From the NCBI GenBank assembly GCA_965227295.1, contig OZ245742.1, positions 4,608,001 to 4,672,000 of the forward strand: a stretch of 64,000 nt of DNA, given 5' to 3'. Origin of the DNA: Leptonemataceae bacterium. GTDB taxonomy: Bacteria; Spirochaetota; Leptospiria; Leptospirales; Leptonemataceae. The position numbers and the translations under genes are program-made. The notes beneath the pieces were generated by a model, which saw nothing but the letters and a program-made list of their open reading frames with translations, did not search any database and was not told the DNA's origin. This document shows, in pieces, positions 12,713 to 21,823 of the stretch (its first letter is position 1; every line of letters begins with the position of its first letter).

Positions 12713-14653
12713 TCATTGCTTCAGCGTGTCTGCTTCGATTCCCGCCCTGCCCACAGGCAAGAACCATTCAAACGGTCCGGACAGAAACCGCCGGAATAAA
12801 ATCCACAGCAGCGCCCGTCCCTGTCCGAACGAAACGTCCCGCGAACGAAACGTAACGTACAATGTCAGGCCGAAGCTTACGAAGAAGTTCACGAAACCGA
12901 TCCCGATGATGCCCAACATCACGGAATAGACCACGCCCAGGTCCACCAGCTCAGGAGCATCCAGTACGACGACACCGAAGTGCGACGCCGAGAACGCGAT
13001 GTGCCGGATGTCAAAGGGAACACCGAAGATGATGCCCACGGTTCCCGCTGAGCCCAGGAGAAAGCCGAGTGCGGTGTTGCCCACGACACCGCTGGCATGT
13101 TTCACGACGAAACGAATAAAACGATCGCGGAACCGGCCGAGAAATTGCAGGCCTGGATGCACCTTGAGCCGCTCTTCAAATCGAACGTAGACGATTCTGT
13201 TTTCCACGGCCCCCTGGATCACCCCGGCCACAAAAAGAAAGACACCGGCAAAGGCCGCGTACAGCAGGGCCGGTGATTCCAGGGGATGGTTTTCGCCCAG
13301 GAGCTTCAGCGCCTTTGCGTCGTCCGCCGCGCGAATACCCAGGCTGTGCTCCAGCAGATAGCCGATGCAGAGGGCCGCGGGAAAGGCGCAGAGAATATTT
13401 CCCAGGAACGAAACGAACTGAGAGCGCCATACGAGAACGATGGTATCCGCAATACGCCGGAGGGCGGTGGTTCGTTCCGACGAGCCGTCAATCAATCGTG
13501 CGATCGTGGAAGCGGTGACGGCCGGTTGTTTGGTCGCCAGGATGGCGCCGGTCACGTAAATCAGAATAAAACATATGCTGTAGTTCAAGCCGTAGACGAC
13601 GGCTTCGGCGGCCAGCGGAAGATCGAGACCTGACAGAAACAGTTTCAGCACGGCGAACACTGCGACCAGGGCACCCCCGCCCATGGCAGCCATGAGAAAG
13701 GCCAGATACTCGCCGACCGTTCGACCGATGTACTTCTCGCCCTTGTCGGCGGTGTGTTCCGTCACCTGGAACGCAAGCAGGTCGAGATTTTGATCCACAA
13801 GACGCCGGAGGTCGCCCATGGTCTGCTCCGCCTGAATCAGATCTTTCATCAAGGGTACCACGGCGCGGACAAAGTCCCCGGACTTTCGCGGATGCACAAC
13901 ACACAGCAGTAAGTCGAAGCGATTCAGTTGCTGCAGGAGACGGCGGGTTACGCCGGTGAGTCGGACGCTGGTACCGTAGACCGCCTTGTGCGTTCGGAGG
14001 TACATGACCGTTTCGCGGCAGGCCCGGGAGATGTCGGCCACGGCTCGAAAGGTCTTCTTGCTCCCCGCCCCTCGACGATGGTCTTCCAGGAATCGTTGGG
14101 TGGAGGCCGAGAGTTCCAGGAAGGGGGAATCATAGGTGCCGATGCGTTGCAGGACTTCCTCGTCGATCCCGGTGGCGCCGATCTTCTGCGCCAGGGCTCG
14201 CAACGCGAACGCCGTGTCTTTATGCGGCCAGCCCTTCGTATCCCGGGCCTCCACGACGAACTCCAGCAACTCTTCCCAGAGAGAATCGGGAACGGCCTGG
14301 ACCCATTCCCAATCCGAACGGCGCGAAAAAATCTTCAGCAGGACCGGACGTAAATCGTCGTCGGGAGTAATCAGCGGCAGGACGGCCGCACCGAGTTGTT
14401 TCCGGATGCCGGCCAGAACTCCCCGCTCCGGCAAGACGCCGCTTTCCACGAGGGCGCGAATGAAACGCAGTCCCCCCGCGGTCTCACGTACGGTCTGTTT
14501 GAACTTCCGGGCACACTCCCGGTTTGCACGGAGAAAACGAATCAACTCACGCAGGCCGGCCTCGCGCTGCAACTCGCGACGGGGACGAATGAAGTCCACC
14601 AGGCGGCGGAGCAGATCTACGCCGTCATGATTGCGAAAGAGAGTTTCCGGCAC
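12713..14653 (-). CDS. Gcr-like polytopic membrane protein (family usually labelled 'site-specific recombinase')
   Basis: TEH...GEKYI, LNYSICF..LATKQPAVTA, RSQF..LGN, DIRHIAFS motifs; soluble N-half and multi-TM C-half. Confidence 0.8.
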   Translation of the reverse strand: MPETLFRNHDGVDLLRRLVDFIRPRRELQREAGLRELIRFLRANRECARKFKQTVRETAGGLRFIRALVESGVLPERGVLAGIRKQLGAAVLPLITPDDDLRPVLLKIFSRRSDWEWVQAVPDSLWEELLEFVVEARDTKGWPHKDTAFALRALAQKIGATGIDEEVLQRIGTYDSPFLELSASTQRFLEDHRRGAGSKKTFRAVADISRACRETVMYLRTHKAVYGTSVRLTGVTRRLLQQLNRFDLLLCVVHPRKSGDFVRAVVPLMKDLIQAEQTMGDLRRLVDQNLDLLAFQVTEHTADKGEKYIGRTVGEYLAFLMAAMGGGALVAVFAVLKLFLSGLDLPLAAEAVVYGLNYSICFILIYVTGAILATKQPAVTASTIARLIDGSSERTTALRRIADTIVLVWRSQFVSFLGNILCAFPAALCIGYLLEHSLGIRAADDAKALKLLGENHPLESPALLYAAFAGVFLFVAGVIQGAVENRIVYVRFEERLKVHPGLQFLGRFRDRFIRFVVKHASGVVGNTALGFLLGSAGTVGIIFGVPFDIRHIAFSASHFGVVVLDAPELVDLGVVYSVMLGIIGIGFVNFFVSFGLTLYVTFRSRDVSFGQGRALLWILFRRFLSGPFEWFLPVGRAGIEADTLKQ

Positions 14654-14711
14654 CGGACCAGAGACCGCTGCAATGGAAAATCCGCAACTACGAACGGCAC
14701 GCTTACGACGC

Positions 14712-15398
14712 CTACACCGCCGACTTCGCCTTTCGCCCCGCGGGTTTTTCGAACGGGTACTCCAGGTGACTCAAGCGCGCGATGTCCAGCATGCACTCAT
14801 GCAGGAACTCCTCGGGATCTTCGCGCCTTGAGTACAGGCGCACCGGTCCCGCGCGCAGGATCAACTCGGTGCGGCGAAAGCGACGCTTGCGGTACTCAAA
14901 GCCCAGGGGCAACACCTGGATGGGATCGACTGGTTTGCCGGCAATGAAGCGAAAGCCAGGTGAACGTCCGCGCCCCATGCGTTCTTGATAGAGGGTTTGC
15001 TCCGGAAAGAGGACGAGTACGTTACCGTCGTGGAGGACGCGCCGACCGAGCAAAAGATCACGTTTGCTCTTCTCGGGATTTTTTCGATCGATGGGGACGC
15101 CGCCGCACTTCAGGAAAAAACCACCGAAGATCGGCTTCGTGAGCTCGGTCTTCATGACACACCAGACGTCTTTGCGTCGACGCATGAGAACGTTGGCGTA
15201 TCCCAGGGGGATGTCCTCAAGCCGCTGGTGTTTGGGCAGGACCAGCAGCGGTCCGTCCACCGGGACGTACTCCAGGCCCTCCACGCGGATCTTATAGAAG
15301 AGCCGCAGAATCCAGCGGCCGAAGAAACTCAGCGCGTATGAGGGAAAGCGGCGTTTCCCGGGATGTCCGTCGTATTTTCGGTAGATTTTTTCCGACAC
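14712..15398 (-). CDS. PlsC-family lysophospholipid acyltransferase
   Basis: KHQRLED (HxxxxD), GGVPIDR, LFPEQT; start uncertain (GTG 15398 chosen; the ORF runs to 15440). Confidence 0.88.
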   Translation of the reverse strand: MSEKIYRKYDGHPGKRRFPSYALSFFGRWILRLFYKIRVEGLEYVPVDGPLLVLPKHQRLEDIPLGYANVLMRRRKDVWCVMKTELTKPIFGGFFLKCGGVPIDRKNPEKSKRDLLLGRRVLHDGNVLVLFPEQTLYQERMGRGRSPGFRFIAGKPVDPIQVLPLGFEYRKRRFRRTELILRAGPVRLYSRREDPEEFLHECMLDIARLSHLEYPFEKPAGRKAKSAV

Positions 15399-15451
15399 AG
15401 GGAGACAGCCTGTCGATCGGGCTCCCGCGGGCAAGCACATTTTATTTAACG

Positions 15452-16405
15452 ATGTTAGAATACTCCCTGGCCATCCTGGTTCTACTGCTGATCGTGCTCC
15501 AGGTTCTCTGTGCCGGGCCGATTCTCGAAAGAGTCCTCCAGTTCCTGCTGCGCCGCCTGTTTTACCGGGACGTCTCCCTGGGATTTCGCGGACCGGGTCT
15601 GATCCTCCCCCTGCTCCGTTTCCAGGCCCGGGACTTCCGGCTCATGTTCCACGGCGAAATCGCCCACGACCGGGTCTATCTCGGCATCAAACGTCTGACC
15701 TTCCGCGTGGATCCGTTCTTTTTGCTGATCGGACGGCTGCGCATCACCCGCCTGGATCTCGTGGAACCGTACCTGGAGTATGTGAACCGCATGGAGTCGC
15801 ATCGCAAGAATGCGTTCTTGCCCCGGCGCCATCGCGTGGAGTTCAAGAATGCGCGCATTCAGAACGGCCGGCTCTTCATTCGCGACGACACCATGACGCC
15901 GACGTACCGCCTGGAGATGCGCGACATCGACGTGGAGAACATGGACGTGGACATCGCCACGTCGGTGGACTTTCTGTTTCGCACCGAACGCGGCGAGGCG
16001 TTGCTCGCCGGCGGCCGCATCGAAATCGGCACGCGTCGGGATGAAGGTTACATTCGCCTGCGCGACGTGAGTCTGCCGGGCATCGCTTCGATGGACAACA
16101 TCCCGTTCGTCGACGGCCGCATCTCGCTGACAGTCGCACATACCGGCGGTTCTTCCGGCCGGCACGTCCAGGGGGTCCTCGGGCCTTCCGCCGGCCTGCA
16201 CGATTCCTTTCGGGATCCGCATGAAGAGGGCGTCTTTACCTTCGAGTTCGATATCGACTGGAACGATTATCGCATTACGCTGGACCTGGGCATCCAGAAG
16301 TTGATTGAACGTTTGCTCATCAACGCCCGGGCCGGCTGGCTCGGCCAGGGCATCGTCCTCGGTTCGCGCGGGGTATTCGAGATGCTGAAGAAACCGGAAG
16401 CATAG
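15452..16405 (+). CDS. Membrane-anchored hypothetical protein, AsmA-like N-terminus
   Basis: N-terminal TM helix, 'VDPFFLLIGRLRITRLDLVEPYL' and 'RIQNGRLFIRD' beta-strand pattern; ATG 15452. Confidence 0.6.
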   Translation: MLEYSLAILVLLLIVLQVLCAGPILERVLQFLLRRLFYRDVSLGFRGPGLILPLLRFQARDFRLMFHGEIAHDRVYLGIKRLTFRVDPFFLLIGRLRITRLDLVEPYLEYVNRMESHRKNAFLPRRHRVEFKNARIQNGRLFIRDDTMTPTYRLEMRDIDVENMDVDIATSVDFLFRTERGEALLAGGRIEIGTRRDEGYIRLRDVSLPGIASMDNIPFVDGRISLTVAHTGGSSGRHVQGVLGPSAGLHDSFRDPHEEGVFTFEFDIDWNDYRITLDLGIQKLIERLLINARAGWLGQGIVLGSRGVFEMLKKPEA

Positions 16406-16428
16406 GTACGCAGACCGCTAACTTACGA

Positions 16429-17577
16429 TTACTTCGCATTACGCAGGCGACGAATGACCGACATGCGTTGTTCCACGATGTAGACCACGAAGCCCTGCAC
16501 CTTCGCCTCGCTGATGGGCCAGCGAAAGTAGTGGTCGTTGCGCCAGGAAACCCAGGTGACGGCGTTCGGCATGGGCAGGTCGCCGATCAACGAGATGCCG
16601 TCGTTCGGCCCGTACCGCACCAGATACTCGTAGTACGGTCGCGCACGATTGCTCACCGTCCGCCAGATCGGCACGCCGATGACGTTGATGACCAGCGTGT
16701 TCTCGGGCACGTCGGCCTCGAAGTTCAACGGTGAGTCTTCATCGAAGCGCATGGACATGAGGCCGTCCCAGTCGTAGCCGTTCAGACAAAAATAGGTGCG
16801 CGCCTCCCACTTGTTCGACCAATCGTCGTTCAGGGCGTTGACCAGGCGGCTGCCCCGATTGATGCCGCCGATGTTGTACCAGCCGATCACCTTTTCGAAG
16901 TACGGCTCGTGGCCGCAGAGCTTTACGGCGTACTTAATGTCGCTGGAACCCTTCGATACCGAAGACAGGATGATGGCGGTAACGTCGGTGCGGTTCTTAA
17001 GGTACTCGCAGACAAACTTTGCGTTCTCCTGCACCGTGCCGGTCTGGTCGACCTTTACCAGGTCCGACTTGAGGCCGATGGCTTCTACCAGGGTCCGAAG
17101 CTTCGCCCCGTCCGCCCCGATGTCGGGGTTGTCCGCGTAAAACATTCCCGGAACGTGGGCCAGCAGGATGTTCAGATCGCTGTAGTCCGGCGGGTTTTTT
17201 CCGATTTGTTCCTCTTTGCGTTCGAGGAAATCGTAAAAGGCCTTGTTTTTCCGGTCACGGAGCACCCGCGTATAAAAAACCGCGGCGGCCTTGTCTACGT
17301 CCTTGGTCTCCTGGGTGATCTCGTGCAGGACCTGGGCGTTCAGATCTTCCAGGCGCGGATTTTCTTTGTAGTCCTCCGCCCATTGCAGATACTCGAGTTC
17401 GTCCTCACACAGGTTCTCAATGTAGTAAGCGTCGGTTTCGCACTTTACGCTGATCTGCCGGTTTTGCGGGTCGTCGTGCTTGCGATCCACGCGGCAGGCG
17501 ACGGCGAACAACACCAGGCCGACGACGATTCCCACGCGCAGTACTGCCCGCATGAGATTGTTTTCGATGCGTTTCAT
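16429..17577 (-). CDS. Lipoprotein, alpha/beta-hydrolase-like
   Basis: Lipobox FAVAC; HVPGMF, VSKGSSD nucleophile-elbow-like motif, NDG, DH near the C-terminus; ATG overlaps upstream TAA. Confidence 0.7.
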   Translation of the reverse strand: MKRIENNLMRAVLRVGIVVGLVLFAVACRVDRKHDDPQNRQISVKCETDAYYIENLCEDELEYLQWAEDYKENPRLEDLNAQVLHEITQETKDVDKAAAVFYTRVLRDRKNKAFYDFLERKEEQIGKNPPDYSDLNILLAHVPGMFYADNPDIGADGAKLRTLVEAIGLKSDLVKVDQTGTVQENAKFVCEYLKNRTDVTAIILSSVSKGSSDIKYAVKLCGHEPYFEKVIGWYNIGGINRGSRLVNALNDDWSNKWEARTYFCLNGYDWDGLMSMRFDEDSPLNFEADVPENTLVINVIGVPIWRTVSNRARPYYEYLVRYGPNDGISLIGDLPMPNAVTWVSWRNDHYFRWPISEAKVQGFVVYIVEQRMSVIRRLRNAK

Positions 17578-19019
17578 TATGCCGCCTCCGTCGCCGCGGC
17601 GGCCTGGGCCCGCGGCCGGTGGTTGTATGTATAGAATGCAAAAAAGACCAGGGCGAATCCCGCCAGATCCAGAACGCTCTGCGGCCAGACGAATGTAATC
17701 AAGACCATGGCGACGAGGATCAGGCCCACGCGGAACAAACCGTAACCGAACTGAAGTTTGCGCCAGGCCGCCGGGTCTTTCGTTTTCGCGGCGTTCCGAA
17801 AGAGCAGAATGTCCAGCGGAAAGAAGATCAGGGGCGTGAGGGTGCCGTCCATGAAATGAAAGAAGGTACCGAAGCGAATGAGCGTGGCCCAGATGCCGGC
17901 CATTCCGAAGATCACGGCATAGGCCCGTTCACCCCAGATTCGATAGCGATCGAGAAAAGCGAGCGGCAGACACACCGCCAGGATGGCGATCATCACCGCC
18001 GACAGGAAGCGTTTGGAGCTATAAGTAGCGTTCCCGAACTGGTTCAGGCCGGGTGGAAAGAACGCCGCGAGAAACTCCGCATCGAAGATGCGCAGAAAGC
18101 GATGGTAGAGCAACGGATGATGATTGTGGCGATGCGGCACGATCACCCGGGTCTCACCGGCGATACCGTTTTGATGCAGGGCCAGCAGCAGATCGTCCGG
18201 TAGAAAGACCAGTTCTTCCCCGTTCTCCCGGACCAGGTCCGTATCGGGATCGAAGAGCAGGTTTTCGTTGATGTAGAGCCAGAAGTTTTCGTTCGAGTAA
18301 ACCAGTTCCCGGCCGCGCCAGGTATTCTGAGCGCCCTCGAAGATGTCCGGCGACACCTTCGAATCGTCGAAGGGATCCAGGTCGATCGGTTGGCCCACGG
18401 CCGCGCCGAGCACGTCGCGGATGTAGGTCACGCAGTTGTTCGTGAAGTTGTCGTAGTCGTAGCCGTCGCCCCGGTCCCGGACCTCGGTCAGCGCGCGCTG
18501 GATGAGTTCGTATTTCTGCTCCGGAGTGAGATTGATGTCCGTGACCATCATGCCCCGGGCCGCGGCGTCCCAGGCGTTCACCGCGCCGGCGGTGGGAATG
18601 ACATGCACGTAGAAGCGCTGTTTACCGCGCAGAAAACGATAAAGAAACTCCAGGGACGGGGTGTATTCGCCGAAATCAACGTAGAAATCTCGCGGTCCGT
18701 ACTCCTCCCCGGCAATGACCCGCAGGGCCGAGTGACCGAACGCCGTGGCCACGATCACGCCGGGACCGACCGTGACCAGTTGGAAACGGAGCCGGGCCGC
18801 CCCGGCCCGGTCGATGCCGCCGGCGAACTCGACAAAATCACTCTCCACCTGCTGGCGCCACTCGGCGATCTCCTCGTCGGTGGGCACGACCTCCTCACCG
18901 CTATCGGCCTGGGCCAGGATCGGAGACGGGGCGGTCAGAAGGACAACCGTTAACAAGAACAAAGATGTAAAGAGAACAAGGTTACGCGCGCGCTGCTTCG
19001 AAGGAACTGGAAACACCAT
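17577..19019 (-). CDS. DUF4105 / Lnb-like membrane protein (putative lipoprotein N-acyltransferase)
   Basis: Signal peptide, VTVGPG..AFGHSALRV, YDYDNFTNNCVT, FLPDDL, four C-terminal TM helices. Confidence 0.75.
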   Translation of the reverse strand: MVFPVPSKQRARNLVLFTSLFLLTVVLLTAPSPILAQADSGEEVVPTDEEIAEWRQQVESDFVEFAGGIDRAGAARLRFQLVTVGPGVIVATAFGHSALRVIAGEEYGPRDFYVDFGEYTPSLEFLYRFLRGKQRFYVHVIPTAGAVNAWDAAARGMMVTDINLTPEQKYELIQRALTEVRDRGDGYDYDNFTNNCVTYIRDVLGAAVGQPIDLDPFDDSKVSPDIFEGAQNTWRGRELVYSNENFWLYINENLLFDPDTDLVRENGEELVFLPDDLLLALHQNGIAGETRVIVPHRHNHHPLLYHRFLRIFDAEFLAAFFPPGLNQFGNATYSSKRFLSAVMIAILAVCLPLAFLDRYRIWGERAYAVIFGMAGIWATLIRFGTFFHFMDGTLTPLIFFPLDILLFRNAAKTKDPAAWRKLQFGYGLFRVGLILVAMVLITFVWPQSVLDLAGFALVFFAFYTYNHRPRAQAAAATEAA

Positions 19020-19177
19020 ATGCCCATATCTCTGCGCCAGGAATTCCGGAAAACCAGAAATTGGTGCGATGCACGGGGACGTCGCGCAATACCGGACGGC
19101 CGGTCAAATTGCAAACACTACATGGGAGAAAGCTTGCCTGAATGATGGAAAAGATGAGGAAAAAAGGAGGGAAGGGA

Positions 19178-19212
19178 AAAACGGAAAACCACCAGCCCCG
19201 AAGGGCTGGTGG
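19178..19212 (-). terminator. Intrinsic terminator of the TRL lipoprotein gene
   Basis: On the minus strand CCACCAGCCC-TTCG-GGGCTGGTGG followed by TTTTCCGTTTTT, starting 10 nt after the stop. Confidence 0.9.
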
Positions 19213-19222
19213 CAAGGGTTTA

Positions 19223-19549
19223 TCAGTCACCGTACACGATGGTGCACGTGTTAGACAGAACGGATCCGAGCAGGTTGTCGGTCCGGTAATCAACAGCTTT
19301 AACGGTGGTGATACCACCAGCAGCAGCTGCAGCTTTGACGCCAGCGTCACCACCAGAGATGATGCCAACGGTAGCGCTAGCGCAAGCTTCACCGGTCTTA
19401 CCACCGAGGTCCGTCGGTTGACCCAGGGAACCTTGATGCATAACGGTGTTCTGGATGATCGATCCAGACGGGGCTTCATATCCGCCGCCGGAGCAAGCGA
19501 TAGCGATCGCTACTGCGAATGCTACTGCGAGAGCTAAAAATTTATTCAT
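19223..19549 (-). CDS. TRL-like family lipoprotein
   Basis: Lipobox AIAC; KTGEACA..GIISGGDAGVKAA..GGITTVKAVDY..CTIVYGD; GGAG RBS before ATG 19549. Confidence 0.88.
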   Translation of the reverse strand: MNKFLALAVAFAVAIAIACSGGGYEAPSGSIIQNTVMHQGSLGQPTDLGGKTGEACASATVGIISGGDAGVKAAAAAGGITTVKAVDYRTDNLLGSVLSNTCTIVYGD

Positions 19550-19698
19550 TCTTTTCTCCACTTAATTTGGGAAATTTTTATGCAATGTGAATCCTTCCAG
19601 CGCCAATGCAACCAAAAATTCTTTTTTTTTATTGCCAGGGGCTTCCCGAACGCAAATTTTTCACCACCCGCGAGAATGCGGTGTCTCCAGGCCGGCGC

Positions 19699-20532
19699 AT
19701 GACCGTACCTCAAGCGTTTTTATCTACATTTATAATAGGAACACGGGGCCCCACCCGTCTGCGACTCTTCGCCTGGCTAATTCTCCTTGTCCTTCCAGTC
19801 GGTATCATGTTTTGCACTCCAGCTCAGAAGCTGGTAGTGCCGGGAAACTTCGAACCGCGTGGTATCTCCATCGACACTGAGTTTGCGCGGCAACTTGTAG
19901 AATATTACGCGCGCATTCCGGAGGCGGAACTCACGAAACTCCGGAACACGGTTGCTTCTTTTTGTAACATTGACCGCGCCGGGCGCTTTTTGCACTACTC
20001 CAGCCGCCATTACTACCTCGGCGGCTACCAGCCCGTGGAGACACGGGGCCGGTTTTGCGTCTGGAACGCGGAAGAAGAACTGATTGAGTACGGTGAGTAC
20101 GCCGCCGACGGCCGGCTGGTCGGCCGTCATGCAACCTTTTACCATGGAAATGTCCGCAGCCTCACCGTAGCATACCCTGAACAGAATCTACGGGTAGCCC
20201 GGGCCTGGGACTACATATTAGAAAACGGAGTCAACCACGTCACTCTATCCTGGTTGCGCTTTGACTATCTTAAAGAAAATCGCTCCGTGCGGTTCCTTTT
20301 CGAACGACAAACCGGCTTGCTCATTCAACGCGAAGATTATCGCGGTTTAGACTCCGATCGCCGCAAGATCGGCCTGCGCTACATCGGCGTGCCGTCTCCG
20401 AAGGGAGATTACGAACAATGCGTCCGGATTCAGCCGAACGGGCGCGAACAGGTCATTCGGGATTTCTGCCCGATTGCGGTGGAAATTCCGGCCAACACGA
20501 ACCTGCTCCCCGCCCCCGAATACCCGAATTGA
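19699..20532 (+). CDS. Hypothetical lipoprotein with a MORN-like segment
   Basis: Hydrophobic stretch ending GIMFC; 'GEYAADGRLVGRHATFYHGNV'; start uncertain (ORF open from 19606). Confidence 0.6.
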   Translation: MTVPQAFLSTFIIGTRGPTRLRLFAWLILLVLPVGIMFCTPAQKLVVPGNFEPRGISIDTEFARQLVEYYARIPEAELTKLRNTVASFCNIDRAGRFLHYSSRHYYLGGYQPVETRGRFCVWNAEEELIEYGEYAADGRLVGRHATFYHGNVRSLTVAYPEQNLRVARAWDYILENGVNHVTLSWLRFDYLKENRSVRFLFERQTGLLIQREDYRGLDSDRRKIGLRYIGVPSPKGDYEQCVRIQPNGREQVIRDFCPIAVEIPANTNLLPAPEYPN

Positions 20533-20573
20533 AGTTTATTTTATTCCATAAATAATTAGCAGGAACTCAGTAT

Positions 20574-21083
20574 ATGTTAACAAAACTCCCCTTCCCGGTT
20601 CTCCGTCGGACTGCCACTTTGCTCGCCGTCCTGAGCGCCGCCGCCATGATCCAGGCCTGTTGTACGAAAAAGATTCGAATCCCCCCGCGGGTTGACGGCG
20701 TGCACATCACCCTGGATAACGCGAAGCGGGGCTATTATCACTTACTTGTGAACTTTGAAGGCTGCGAACTCTGCGACCAGGACAAAGAGGCGGCGGATGC
20801 GATTATCGAAAACGCGGAGGAACTGTTCGCCCTGCGCGTCGATGAGCGGCTGACGAACGAGCAGTACAACGGATACGTAGAACGCATCCAGGCGAAGCTC
20901 CTGATTGCGCGGAAAACTTGCAATACCTACGCCATCCCGGACACGGGTGCCGAACTGCCCGGCACGACCACGAAGTACACGAAATCCCAGAAGGCCCGCG
21001 ACGTGTCTCTACGCATCCAGGAAGCCCGTGAGAATTCGAACGAGGTCCTGGCCGAAGCCAAACAGGCGGCCAACGAAAGCTAA
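20574..21083 (+). CDS. Hypothetical lipoprotein
   Basis: Signal ending IQACC, AGGA RBS, CELC motif, helical C-terminus. Confidence 0.7.
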   Translation: MLTKLPFPVLRRTATLLAVLSAAAMIQACCTKKIRIPPRVDGVHITLDNAKRGYYHLLVNFEGCELCDQDKEAADAIIENAEELFALRVDERLTNEQYNGYVERIQAKLLIARKTCNTYAIPDTGAELPGTTTKYTKSQKARDVSLRIQEARENSNEVLAEAKQAANES

Positions 21084-21091
21084 CGGCGGAT

Positions 21092-21754
21092 TCAGGAATT
21101 TCCTTTCGGCGGCGCAGGACGATCGTCTTCTTTTAAGTACGTCGTCGTGTACAATTCCACCGCTTCCAGAATGACGCTGCGCGCCGTTTTGGCGCCGGCG
21201 AATTTTTCCACGGTTACCATGCGGCCCTCGTACTCGAGGGCCTTGTAGTCCTGAAAGAACCGGCGCAGTTCCTTGAGCTTATGCGGGGGAAGATCGTCGA
21301 TGTCCTGGTAGTGATTGTACTCCGGATCGCTGGCGTGCACCGCGATGATTTTATCGTCACGTTCGCGGTTGTCGATCATGGTCATGACGCCGATGGGCTT
21401 CGCCCGCATGAGCGTCGAAGGATAGACGGCTTCCTGTCCCAGGACCAGGACGTCCAGGGGATCGTCGTCGTCACAGAACGTGCGCGGAATGAAACCGTAG
21501 TTGGCCGGATAATGAACGGCGCTGTGCAAGACACGGTCGACCATGACGAGGCCGGTGGGTTTGTGCAGCTCGTACTTGTACTTTGAGCCCTTCGGAATCT
21601 CGATGAAACAGAAGATGCTTTCCATGCTGCCGACGTCCACGGTATGCCATGGAGTACCTTCGAGGTAGTCGGGACGTTCCCAGGGTGTCAGATGTTCCGG
21701 ATCGATAACGCTCACGCCGATGGTGTACGCGAAGCATGCATACGCCGCAAGCAA
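21092..21754 (-). CDS. ppa: Family I inorganic pyrophosphatase
   Basis: [44 protein letters not shown]; true start probably a little downstream of 21754. Confidence 0.95.
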   Translation of the reverse strand: MLAAYACFAYTIGVSVIDPEHLTPWERPDYLEGTPWHTVDVGSMESIFCFIEIPKGSKYKYELHKPTGLVMVDRVLHSAVHYPANYGFIPRTFCDDDDPLDVLVLGQEAVYPSTLMRAKPIGVMTMIDNRERDDKIIAVHASDPEYNHYQDIDDLPPHKLKELRRFFQDYKALEYEGRMVTVEKFAGAKTARSVILEAVELYTTTYLKEDDRPAPPKGNS

Positions 21755-21823
21755 TTAATTCACACGCAATGATCACTACGGTTTCCGCTTGCCGTTTCTA
21801 CGGCGCAAGTTAGAGTTCGTGCG

